DNA of 64,000 bases, taken from Geosiphon pyriformis uo1 (lineage: Eukaryota > Fungi > Glomeromycota). The translations under genes and the position numbers were made by a program. The DNA is taken from assembly GCA_016748015.1 (NCBI GenBank), contig JAAOMT010000741.1:372001-436000 (forward strand), read 5' to 3'. The notes below the pieces were generated by a model. That model was given only the letters and a program-made list of their open reading frames with translations. It did no database searches and had not been told where the DNA came from. Shown here piece after piece: positions 37,801-50,073 of this stretch (position 1 is its first letter; every line of letters begins with the position of its first letter).

Positions 37801-40611
37801 AAAACTGATAATGACCAAGACGAATCAGCAAACTGGGAGTGAAAAGAAACAGACAAGGAAAAGAAAAAGAAGAAGGAAAAAAAAACCACTCTTATTAGTA
37901 ACACTTATAGTTTATATGCTTACACTTTATCACAACCATCCAATTATTGTCAACCAAAATTAGAGTGTGTCAATTGGAGCAAAAAATTGTTGTCAATGGG
38001 TGCATGCTGTGGCAATAACAAGGAATACTCCACAGCCATAAGATTCTACTACTGCCTATGTGTCATAGAGTACTTTGGATGACCAAAACAACAAGGAAAG
38101 TGGGATAACCAACTATGTCTCATATGTAGAACTATTCTACCTGATGAAAGAATGTGAAATGACATTTCTGGGCATGGAGGAACATGTGACAAGACATGTC
38201 AGTACACTATACTGATAAATAATTAGATAAGCAAAGAAACACTAATTGATGACACCTAAAAACAAGTGTTGTGACAATTAGAAGGATATTCTCACAACAA
38301 AAATGAACTATGGAGAATGGCATATGTGAAAGCAAAAGGCACAGCAACCAGCAAACTACTAGAGATTAAAAATAACCCTCTATTTCTTCCTAAATCTGAA
38401 TACATCCAAACTTTTGACATCTTTGGCAACATTAAGGACAATCCAGAAGAATTCCATGAACATTACCAGTGATTAGCACTCATCAGAGAAGAGCAGGAAC
38501 AATGCTTGAAAGAAATAAATACCCAATTATGTGACCACTGTTTGATCCCATGTGACTTCCAGTATTGCAATGAGTGTGACTTCATTTACAATCCACTATC
38601 ATGCATGATCTACACAATCCCAGAAAAAAACAAACCAATGAACAACTGCACATCAGAATTGGAATCAACTTTCAATCCCAATTCAAACTCCAACAATAAT
38701 AATGATGAAAACAACAGTTCTAGCTCTGCTCCAAATAGCAATAAAAATGACAATAATTCAAACTTTGATTCAAATCCCGAAACATTTATTACACTTTCTG
38801 ACTTTTCAAAGAAACAGGAACTTAAATGGTTCAGCAATAATGACAAAAGTATCATGCCAGAACATGCACATGATACTGATGTAGGATTTGATCTGAGATA
38901 TCCAAAGAAAGATCCCATCAAATTGGAACCACATTTGTGCACTTGCATTGATCTGAAAATAGCACTGGAAATTCCAGTAACAACAATAGTTCAACTAGCA
39001 TCCAGGAGTAGTTTAGCGAAAAAAGAGATAAACATCAGAGAAAGAATAATTGATGCAAAATATGTAGGAAATATCATTATTATACTACAAAATGATTCAG
39101 AAAAAGCATATACTATAGATCCAAACAAAAAAATAGCACAGGCAATATTCCTACTTCTGGTGAAAATAGCTCAATTAGTGTTGATAGAAAACAGAAAAAA
39201 ATTAGGAATTACTGTTAAAGGAATACAGAGATTCGGATCAATGGGTAGAATAGACATACCAGTTAATATGACAGAAGAAGAGATTATTGACAAAGGAGAA
39301 ATTATCACAACCCATTAATCAATCTCTATTCTACCATATGACCAGTATACATTAGCCATAAAAAGAAAAGTAAAGGATCAAGCTCAATTGTTCAAAGCAA
39401 AAGCCACCATTTGTGAATCAGAAGAGATTGGACTTACTAATCTTTACATATTAGCCAAAAGCCCCAAAATCATCAAAATTCCCATCTATAATGCAACTGG
39501 AAAGGTCATTGAAATACCAAAGAGAACTATCATTGGATATTTAACCACTCAAATTGAGGATCAACCACCAAACCACATTCCAAATTTTCTACAACTTTGT
39601 GGATATGTGAACATTACATCACAGACTATATATGGATGAAGTGAATGTTATCTACTCTAACCAGAACAATTGGAACAAATTAACATGGGAAATCTAGACT
39701 CACTCCAATAAATACAACTAAAGATGTTACTTAGCAATTTCAATGACATTTTTGCAAATGAAAATGAATTTGGTCACACCAATATTATCTAGCATCAGAT
39801 CAAGACTGGAGATACAATGCCAATTAAGCAAAGAGCATATAGAGTACCATCAGCTAGCCATGAGATCATTCATTAAGAAATCAATCGAATGCTCGACAAT
39901 GGGCTAATTCAGCCATTAATAAGTTTATGGTCATCACCAATGGTACTAGTCTGGAAGAAAAATGGAAAAATTTGCTTTTGTGTAGATTACCAGAAATTGA
40001 ATGGATTAACCAAAGGAGACAGCTACCCAACTCCAAAGATCTAAGAACTATTTGACGCCTTTGGAAGAAATAAATGATTCTCAACACTAAATTTAGATAA
40101 TGGTTACTAACAAGTAGCCATGGATCCAGCTAACAAAGAAAAAATTGCATTCATGACAAGAGAAGAGAATTTCGAATTTGAAGTCATGCCATTTGGCTTG
40201 ATGAATACTCCAGTAACATTCTAATGACTCATGGAAATTGTCTATACTGGATTACTATGGAAATAAGTAGTCATATACTTAGATAACACAAATGTATTTT
40301 CTAAGACATTTGATGACCATCTACATCATACTAAAGCAGAAAAACAATGGAGTAGAAAATTTGACCCCAAATGAGATGAACCATTTCACATTGAAGAAAT
40401 TCTTGGAAATAGAACTTATAAATTAAGATGGGACAACAGAATCTTAGCCAAAGTAGCACATGGTGATCAATTAAAACCATATTACCAGATAGCATTATTA
40501 TCTACCAATAACATTCTACAACTGGGAGTACAAAAAATACTAGTCCAACCAGATGAGATTCCATGAGATCTGAAACCAATCATAGTTATTGAACCAAACA
40601 CGTCAAATTGA
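34867..40611 (+). pseudogene. Y gag-pol in a single reading frame: capsid-like, CCHC knuckle, protease, Cys-rich region, dUTPase, truncated RT fused to integrase C-terminus
   Basis: CHTCGKQGHIRANC (~36586-36627), LILDSGSAG (~37280), dUTPase motifs at 38875-39250, RT ..FEVMPFGL..YLDN, then TKAEKQW..PF. All recognisable blocks lie in the same frame; the stops read as mutated CAA/CAG/CGA/TGG. Confidence 0.9.
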
Positions 40612-40666
40612 ACAAACTGAAGAGTATATAAAAACACAGTATATGCGACAAAAGCAACCAAGAAAA

Positions 40667-41302
40667 ATGGAAATACCAGATCATATTCACACTATAGCTC
40701 AACAATTATTCCAGACCTTAAGTAAACAACAGTTAGACATGGAAATTGTTATTAACAACCAAATAATTTGCTATCAAAACAACCAAAAAAAAACAAAGAA
40801 TACACCATACCAGCGACCACCAAAGAACAATAAAAACTGGACAGATAACTTAAGAGAAAAAGTGAAGAACACTTTTGGGAAAATCTCTGTTATGGTACCA
40901 ACAGAAGAGCTTATGAAAGAAAATTGGAAGCAATGGACAGAACGACTTCCAATATCATATTGCTACTACCAGTTAGGTCAAAAATTGAATATTCAGGAGT
41001 TGTATATTAACAAATCCAAAAAAATATTCAACCAAGACATAATACAACAAATTAAAAAATTTATCAGAAAGAAAACAAATTCAACACTACATATTAGAAC
41101 AATATACCGACTATACAACATATTTCAGAACTATCCAAAAGTACTGTTATACTCTGACATAGAAACCATAACCATCAACCAATGGGGAAGAATGAACAAT
41201 ACACAAGTAGAAGACATGAGAAACAGAGTTGAACAAACAATACTTGAAAAAGAAGTATTAGAATTAATTCAAAACGAAGATTTCAATGGAGCTCAATATT
41301 AA
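40667..41302 (+). CDS. Y ORF3, uninterrupted 211-aa accessory protein of unknown function
   Basis: Open frame 40589-41302. The ATG of MEIPDH at 40667 aligns with MEITDN in Z. The stop abuts the PPT. Homologues in X and Z. Confidence 0.75.
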   Translation: MEIPDHIHTIAQQLFQTLSKQQLDMEIVINNQIICYQNNQKKTKNTPYQRPPKNNKNWTDNLREKVKNTFGKISVMVPTEELMKENWKQWTERLPISYCYYQLGQKLNIQELYINKSKKIFNQDIIQQIKKFIRKKTNSTLHIRTIYRLYNIFQNYPKVLLYSDIETITINQWGRMNNTQVEDMRNRVEQTILEKEVLELIQNEDFNGAQY

Positions 41303-41317
41303 AAAAGGAGAAGATAA

Positions 41318-42166
41318 TATTACTCATAGAAAAAAACAGATATAAAAAAATAGTAGACCAATAGAAGAATAGTATGTAGTACATGAGCACATTGCTCAGC
41401 AATATAGAGCAATGATAGAAATCATAGCACATTGCTTAGCAATGTGAAGCAATATCAAAAAACATGGCACATTGCTCAACAATGTGAAGTAATGTTAAAA
41501 AATAAGAGCACATTGCTTAGCAATGTAAGCATTGCTTAAGAAATTATAGCACATCATTTGGGAATGTGAGCAATTTCATAGAACATCAATTATGTATATA
41601 TAGTGATAACATTAGAAGTAAAAAGTACAGAATCCCTCAGTTAGAAACCTTTCATATCACAAATATCAATAAATAATTATTTACTATCTCAATCTACTCT
41701 TTATTATCAACACTTCATGTTGATAGTAATTAATACTTAACCCCACAGGAACAATAGCTCTTGATTATGGCTATTGACAGAATACTAACTTGTACATTGC
41801 CTTGGCTCTTTTCTTTATTTTCTTTTCTTTCTTTGATTTTTATTATTGTATACTAATCAATTGAGGATTAAAAGTGCTAAGATACAGACGTCATAAGTGA
41901 CTGGTAAAAAACCTGTGAAACAAGGGTAAAACACTCATAGATTTAAGGATAGCTTACCAGAAGGATTACCAGCCACCATGCTGAGAAAGAAATTTAATGA
42001 AACTGTGGTTTTGGGAAGCTATAGATAAAACCATTAATTCACTTTCTGTCTATTATACAAAGAACTTCACAACCAAAACCTTCAGATATCAACACCCGAG
42101 TACCAACTAAGCACCAAATTATGGATTTGTTATTTGATTTAAGACCCCAAATAATCATCTGTAACA
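41318..42166 (+). repeat. Y 3' LTR (849 bp)
   Basis: TATTAC...GTAACA, preceded by purine tract AAAAAAGGAGAAGATAA. Confidence 0.93.
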
Positions 42167-42170
42167 GTGA

Positions 42171-45100
42171 TTGCTTCACACAATGTTCTGTTAAATCTCT
42201 CAACTAATCCATTTGTTTGTGGATAATATGGTGATAATAATAGTCTTTTAATTCCAAATCTCTGACTTAATTCTGCTAATGTTCTATTCACAAAGTATAT
42301 TCCTTAATTTGATAATAGTTCTTTTAAACAACCATGTTGACAAATCAAATCTTGATGAATGAATTCGGCAACAGATTCTGCATCCGCTTTTTGAATGGTT
42401 TTTGCTTTTGGCCATTTAGTAAGATAATCCATGGCTACTACAATATATTTGTTGTCTCTACTGGTGATTGTTAATAGTCCAACTAAGTCAATTCCAATGC
42501 AATCAAATGGTTGTTTCACTTTGATTGGTCTTAATAGTTCACTTGGTCTTGTTCCACCTCTTCTCTAATAAGTATTACAATTCTGAATATATTGGATGAT
42601 GTTTGGATATATCGATGGCCAATAGTATCTTTTTTTGGTTCTTTCTATAGTTGCTTCTTTATGGAAATGTCCTGCTGTTGGATCTAAGTGCATGTTGAAT
42701 AGTATTGTTTCTTTTTTTGATTCTGTAATTACTCTGGTTGGTTGGTCTGAATTTTTTCTGTTTTTTTGGTAAAGTATATTTTGATGATTGATGAAATATT
42801 TTGATTGCTGTTTTATGTTGTTTTGTTCTTTTTGAGATAATTTCTCCTTAAACGATTAAGTATTTATATAATGCTAAAGTTGTTGGTATTTTTGTGTGTT
42901 CATTTTTTGTTATATTTTTGGGTTGAAATGTTATTAGATTTGTCTCATTTGCGACAATCCATCAGCATTTCCATTGTCTTTTCTCTTTTTATAATGTACT
43001 GTATAATTAAATGGTGAAAGTTTTATTTTTTATCTGACATGACAATCATCTGCAAATTTTTGTTTTTGGATTGATGTCAATTCTTTGTGATCAGTGTGCA
43101 CCTCAAACTTTTGACTCAAGTATTTTTTCCACTTGATAACAGCCTAATAGATAGCTAAGTGTTCTAGTGTTGGAGTTCTATAGTTTTTTTCAGCTGAACT
43201 TAAGCTTTTACTGGTGTAAGCTATTGGATGTTCTCTTCTATCTGGTTCTTTCTGTAATAGTACTGCTTCTAATGCTTGGCCTGATGCATCAGTGGTAATT
43301 ATGAATGGTTTGCTGTGGTCTGGATACATCAATACTGGAGCTTAGATAAGTTTTCTTCTTAATATGTCAAAAACTTCTTGTTGGATTTCTGTCCATTTGT
43401 ACTTCACATTCTTTGTTTGAAGTTGGTGTAGTGGTTGAGCTATTTTGGAAAAGTTCTTGATGAAGCAGCAATAATAACCTGTGAATTCCAAAAATGCCCT
43501 TAGTTCTGACAAGTTGGCTGGTACTGGAAAGTTTTTAACTACTTTGATCTTGTCTGGATCTGTTTTGATTCTGTTTTTGCTTACCACATGTCCTAAAAAC
43601 TTGAGTTCAGTTTTTCCAAAGAAATATTTGGTTGTATTTAGTTTCAATCCAGCTCTTCTTAATCTTTCGAATACTTGTTGAAGATGATGCAGATGATTAT
43701 CAAATGTTTTTGAGAACACATTGGTGTTATTTAAGTATACAACTACTGATTTCCATAGTAGTTCAATATAAACAATTTCCATAAGTCATTGAAATGTGGC
43801 TGGAGCATTCATCAAGCCAAATGGCATGACTTCAAACTCAAAATTTCCTTCTCTTGTGGTGAACACTGTTTTTTCTTTGTTGGCTAAATTCATGACTACT
43901 TGCCAGTATTCACTATTTAGATCTAATGTTGAGAACCATTTATTTCTTCTAAAAGCATTGAATAGTTCTTGGATCTTGGGGGTTGGATAACTATTTCCTT
44001 TGGTTATTCCATTTAGTTTCTGGTAATTTACACAAAAGTGGATTTTTCCATTCTTCTTATGGACTAGTATTACTGATGACAACTATGAACTTATTGATGG
44101 CTGAATTAGCCTGTTGTCAAGCATCTGGTTGATTTCTTGACGAATGATCTCATGGCTAGCTGGTGGTAGTCTGTATACTCTTTGTTTAATTGGCATTGCA
44201 TCTCTAGTCTTGATCTAATGCTGGATGATGTTGGTTCAGTCAAATTCATTTTTGCTAGCAAAGATGTCATTGAAATTGTTGAGTAACATCTTAAGTTGCA
44301 TCTGTTGAAGTGGATCTAGATTCCCCATGTTCATCTGTTCCAATTGTTCTGGTTGAAGCAGATAACATTCACTTCTTCCATAGATGGTTTGTAATGTAAT
44401 GTCCACATATCCACAAAGCTGTGGAAAATTTGGAATGTGGTTTAGTGGTTAATCTTCAACTTTGGTGGTTAAATATTCAATGATGGTTCCCTTTGGTATT
44501 TTGATGACTTTTCCTGTTGTGTTATAGATGGAAATTTTGATGTTTTTGGGGCTTTTGGCTAATATGTAGAGATTGGTAAGTCCAATTTCTCCTGATTTAC
44601 AAATGGTGGCTTCTGCTTCAAACAATTGAGCTTGATTCTTTACTTTTCTTTTTATAGCTAACATATATTGGTCATATGGTGGAATAGAAATTGATTAATG
44701 GGTTGAGATAATTTTTCTTTTGTCAACAATTTCTTTTTCTGCCATATTAACTGATATGTTTATTCTATCCGTTGATCCAAATTCCTGTATCCTTCTTGCA
44801 ATTATACCTAGTTCTTTCCTCTTTCTTACTAAAACTAATTGAGCTATTTTCACCAGAGGTAAGAATATTGCCTGTGCTATCTTTTTATTTGGTTCTATAA
44901 TATAGGTCTTTTCTGAATCATTTTGTAGCATGGCAATAATATTTTCTATGTATCCTGCATCAATTATCCCTTCTCTGATGTTGATTTCTTTTTTTGCTAA
45001 ACTACTCCTAGATGCTAGTTGAATCATGATTGTTGCTGGAATTTCCAGAGCTATTTTGAGATCAATACATGTACACAAATTTGGTTCCAATTTGATGGGA

Positions 45101-48100
45101 TCTTTCTTTGGATATCTCAGATTAAACCCTGCATTAGTATCATGCGCATGTTTTGGCATGATACCTTCATTATTATCACTATACTATTTGAGTTTCTGTT
45201 TCTTAGAGAGATCAGAAAGCATAATGTATATTTCGGGGTTTAAATCAGAGTCTGAATCATTGATATTTTTGTTGCCATATTGTGTAGAACTGAAACTGGT
45301 GTTTTTGTTGTTGTCATTGTCGAAGTTTGAATCAGAATTGAAAACTGATTCCAATTCCAATGCACAGCTGCTAATTGGTTCTTTTTCTGAGATCGTGTAG
45401 ATCATGTGTGGTGGTGGATTGTAAATGAGGTCACACTCATTACAATATTAAAAGTCACAAGGAATTAAGCAATGTTGACATAACCAAGTATTCAACTGCT
45501 CTAACTACTGCTCTTGTTCTTTCCTAGTAGGTGCTAGCTCTTGATAATGTTTGTGGAATTGTTTTAAATCTAGGAGATTTATGACTGGTTCTAAGTTTCA
45601 GTCAAGTTCTATAGGTTCAGATGGGTTATTTTTAATTGTTTTTATTTCTTCTAAAGTCATTTCTTCGATTTTGGTGAGTGCCATTCACCAAATTTCATCA
45701 TCATTGTGTGGGCACCTGTTCAGACATTTGATGGCTTGTCTCCAGGCAGCATCTATGAGTGTTCTTTTTCTTATCCAGTCGCTTATAAGGATTATGTATT
45801 AACACAATTCATTGCACATTTCTCCTTATCCAGGAATGTTGTTCTACATTCCTTTGTCCAGAAAAGTTTTTTCACAAGTCAAACATAGTTTATTGTCCCA
45901 TTTTCCAACCCATTTTGGCCTTCTAAAGCATTCAATGATGCATGGGCGACAGTAGAATTTTGTTGCTAAAGTGTACTCCTTATTATCACTACAACAAGCA
46001 CCCATTGATGACAATTTCTTGTTGCAATCAATGCATACCAGTTTTGGGTGGTAATAAGTAAATTGGTGGGGTGTAGTATAAGAATTATAAGTGGGTTTGC
46101 TGTCAGTTGTTGGTTCTTCTTCCTTCCTCTTTCCTTTTCCCTTTTTGTCTTCTTTTTATTCCCAATTTATTTGTTCTTTCTGATCATTGTCAGTTTCTCA
46201 GGCTTGGTTGGCTTTCTAGGTAAGTTCTTCACTCTGCTTTTTTTTGCTGTTGTCATTCCATAAAAGTACTGGTGGCAGCTCATTGTGTTCTGTGTCAGCC
46301 CAGAAAACTTGGTAAGCTTTCCAGGTAGGTTTCTTCTCTTCTTCTTCAAATTTAATGAGTGGTGCTGTCAAGTTAGTGGGTTTTAAATGACCACACGTGG
46401 CTGGTACACATGTGTGTTGACTGTTTTGGCTCAGTTGGAGCTCTTGCGTTGTCTAGTCCAGTATGGCGTTAGTTTTAGATAACCAATCATTCTCTATTAA
46501 TGCCTGATATTGGGTTGCTTCTATCACTAGGACTTTGATGGGAATGATGATGCCATTGACTTCAAAAGGGAAGTCATCAATCTCACCAATGAGAGTTTTG
46601 GTTGCTCCATTGGTGGTTATGATCCTGGTGCTGGCAGTGTGATCAACTTGGCAACCTAATTGGTCTATGAGTTGTTTTGTAATGATGCTGCCAGCTGATC
46701 TACTGTCTAGGATCAGTTTGATGAAGTGGCCATTAACTTTGACATCAGTGTACATGGCAGTGATTGGTTTGGTGTTAAGAGTGGCTCCACTGAATAATAG
46801 AACTGGTGTGGTTTCCTCGAGTTTGAACGGGAAAATGGTGTTCAGTGTTTCATTCTCAGTGATAGTAGTGGGGGGAATATTGCTGGTAAGTGTTGATTGT
46901 TGTTTGGTTTCCAGATTATTGGGTTGGGCATTTTTTGGGGTAACCAAGAGACTTAAATAGTTCTGAGAATTCGGATTCTGGGCATACCCAGTGTCTGAAT
47001 TCCATTGTCGAGATCCTGCTGGTTGTGTAGAAGAACTGGGGATTGGTTGGTAGACTACCATCAACAATCTTCAGCTTTGTTAAGTCAATTTCGACCTTTG
47101 AGTTCTGTTTTGAGATAAGTTCTGAGGCAGTGTTGAAATTTGTTGGGGCTAATAGATTACCTGTAGCTGATAAATGGATTGTGCCTATAGCTAATAAATT
47201 GTTGGTGTTATCGATTGATAAATTGGTGCTTGATATACTGGTGGTTAATAAATTGGCTGCTGTGTCATAGGTATGTAATTCTGATGGTATGGCTCTGAGT
47301 TTGGTAAGTTATTTGGAATTCAAAACTGGTAATTGGGGTTTTGATATTGATTTTCTGATTGTTGGTTATTTAAGCAATGGCAGCAATCAATTTGTAAGTG
47401 TTCTTGTTTACCACAATAGTGGCAAACATGCATTTCCTGTTGCCACTGTTGATTGGTCGATGATAATAGACATGACTGATTCTAGAAACAATTCACGTTT
47501 CCAGAATTATTGTGTCATTGTAGTGGTTGATAAATTGTGCAATTGTTAGCTAAGTATTCCTCTAATTTTTAATTGATGGAATCACTAAATTGTTTCAATT
47601 TGGAATCCAATTCAGATGATCTATTCATTACTAGATTAACAGCTTGGACATGGTTGGCTTCTAATTCAGCAGTTTCAAAATCTCTGGCATTTGTAACAGC
47701 TGCTTGCAGATTAACAGGATGTATTGGATGTACATGTTGCAAGATACTACTGTGTAATCTGCAAATAAACTGATTTAGGATCTGGGCTACTGTGAAGTAA
47801 TTGGCAGATTCCTGTGAAAGCATTCTAAGTAAGTAATGACTGCTTTATTTTCTCCTTGTTTGATGGTAGTGAAAATATTTGCTAGTTTGTTAATGCTGTT
47901 ATTGTTGCTGAAGTATCTTAAGAACTCAATTTTGAATGCATTGAAATCTTGGAGCTTGTTGACTAGGCTTTAATACCATGAATCAGCAGTATTCTGGAGA
48001 AAATATGGGATGGCTTACATTGCTCTGGTGTCATTTTATCTATTAGCCACTATGGCTTTTTCTACGTCATTAAGCCAGACTTGGGTGTTGTCTTCTTTGC

Positions 48101-49142
48101 TGGTAAATTTCTCAAGTTTTGCTATTGGAGCATAGGCTTTTGGATTCAAGTTTGGTTGTTGAAGTTGTTGTTGCGGCTGTGGAAGCGGCTGCTGTGGTAG
48201 TTGAGGTGATTGAAGTAGCTGTTGTTGTTGTTTGTCGATTAGTGGAGCTGGGATTAGATTGATCATAATTACTGGAGGTAAGTATTGTTGATTATTAATG
48301 TCAGGGTTTTGATCATTTTGATCATGCTGCATTCGAAAATTTGGAGTTTCAATTTCTGGATTTTCTAAATTTAGATTTTTCTAAGTCTGAAAGTTCGGAA
48401 TTTCAATTTTCTGATTTTCAGTGATCAGGTTCTGGTAAGTAAATTCTTGATCTTCAGATTTTTCTTCCTCTTCTTTTTGGTCTTCTTCTGATTCTGTTAC
48501 TTTTCAGAGACTCATGGTTCCGAAATCTGGTTGGGGTAGTGGAGATTGGAGTCCTGATGGCATAAGTGATCGAGACTTAAATCTTTCAAAATATGCGCCA
48601 TATGATTCTAGAAGATTTTTTTTCCTTTGTTTACTCTGAAATGGAAATTGTCCAAAGGTTGATGTCATGTTTGATGTGGACATACCTGTTGATGTAATAT
48701 TGATGGCACTTCCAGGTGTATAATAATATGATGGATTAGTTGGTGATTTGACTCTTGTTTTCTTCTAAGTGAATGGTTGTATCCTTTGAGATGTTACTGC
48801 TGGTGTTTGTAATTTTTTTTTGTCTTTGTTTGTATAGGTAATTGGATATCTTTGTTGAGTGTGAATTTCAATTTCCTTATTGATTTCAGTAAGGATTGCT
48901 GTGAAATTGTAATTTGTTGGTAGGCTGGTATTCTGGATTAATTTGTTATAGAAGTTTTCTCTGGCTAAATTTGTTTCTACTGGTACTTCTAGTAAATATG
49001 AGATTCTCTCATGGACGTAGAAATTGAAAGCTGATTTTGCTAATAAGTGGTTGTTAGTTAATCCTAAATGTTGACAGTAGTGTTGGAATAAAGATTTCAC
49101 GAATCCTAAATGGTTTGTCCCTGTTTTTTCGGATTCTGCCAC
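42171..49142 (-). pseudogene. X gag-pol (gag, protease ~46700, dUTPase 44765-45159, RT 43342-44230, RNase H ~42950-43340, integrase N-terminal part; integrase C-terminus continues at 33952-33305)
   Basis: LILDSRSAG, LASRSSLAKK..IIDAGY, FEVMPFGLMNAPATFQ, IITTDASGQAL, IGIDLVGLL..MDYLTKWPKA. Confidence 0.9.
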
Positions 49143-49205
49143 TGTTTAAATAGGTGTTGTTGATGCTAGTTCTCTATAGGATTATACCTCACAGGGAGCA
49201 CCAAA

Positions 49206-50069
49206 TATTACAGATAATTATTTGGGATCTCAAATCAAATAACAAATCTGTAACTTGGTGCTCAATATCTTGACAATGCTAGTGTTACTGGTACGTTGGT
49301 TTTATCTGAAGGTTTTTAGAGTTGAGTTCTTTGTATAATAGACAGAGATTCAATGATGATGTAGTTGGTTAGTAAGTTGTGTTCTCAATTTCTGTTTTCA
49401 GTTTGGTGGCCAGTTTATTCTGGCATTCGTGCCCTTCTGATAAGCTATCCATTAATATATATATAATTTTACTCTTATTTCTGGGTTTTTTACTAGGCTA
49501 TCTATAATGTCAATTACTCGGCACTTTAATCCTTAATTAGTTAATATACAACAATAAAATCAAAGAAATAAATAAATAAAAAAAAATAAAAAAATGAGCC
49601 AAGGTGATATGCAAGTTACTATCTCATCAATAGCCATGATCAAGAGTTATTGTTTTAGCATGGTTAAGTATCAATTACTATCAACATAAAGTGTTGATAA
49701 TAGAGAGTGGATTTGGATGGTAAATAATTTATTTATTTAATATTTGTTGATAGAAGATTTCTAACTAAAGAATTCTGTCTCTTTCTATTTCTAATACTGC
49801 TGCTATATATACCTAATTAATGTTCTATAAGATTGCTCACATTCCTGAGCAATGTGCTATAATTTCTTAAGCAATGTGCCCTAATTTCTAACATTGCTCC
49901 ATATTGCTAAGCAATATGCCATGTTTTCTGAAATTGCTCCACATTGCTAAGCAATGTGCCATGATTTCTGTTATTGCTCTATATTGCTAAGCAATGTGTT
50001 CATGTGCTATATACTATTCGCTTATTGGTCTACTATTTCCCTATATCTGTTTTTTTTTTATGAGTAACA
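49206..50069 (-). repeat. X 5' LTR (864 bp)
   Basis: Adjacent to the PBS; direct repeat of 31734-32596. Confidence 0.93.
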
Positions 50070-50073
50070 CCAA

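Larger units (their letters stand above)
33953..42166 (+). mobile_element. Ty3/Gypsy element Y (8.2 kb, internally deleted) inserted into the X integrase, TSD GTGA
   Basis: LTRs 33953-34806 and 41318-42166; GTGA at 33949-33952 and 42167-42170. Removing Y restores X integrase LCEAI-T-KISQKNQNE. PBS 34807-34825, PPT 41301-41317. Confidence 0.96.
31734..50069 (-). mobile_element. Ty3/Gypsy LTR retrotransposon X (~10.1 kb, interrupted by element Y), TSD CCAA
   Basis: Direct-repeat LTRs 31734-32596 and 49206-50069; CCAA at 31730-31733 and 50070-50073. PBS 49187-49205, PPT 32597-32612. Domain order gag-PR-dUTPase-RT-RH-IN on the minus strand. Confidence 0.95.

Noticed and set aside
40589-41302. 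ORF3 as an envelope gene (errantivirus-like)
   Set aside because: No signal peptide, transmembrane anchor or fusion-peptide-like segment is visible, and it is short for Env.
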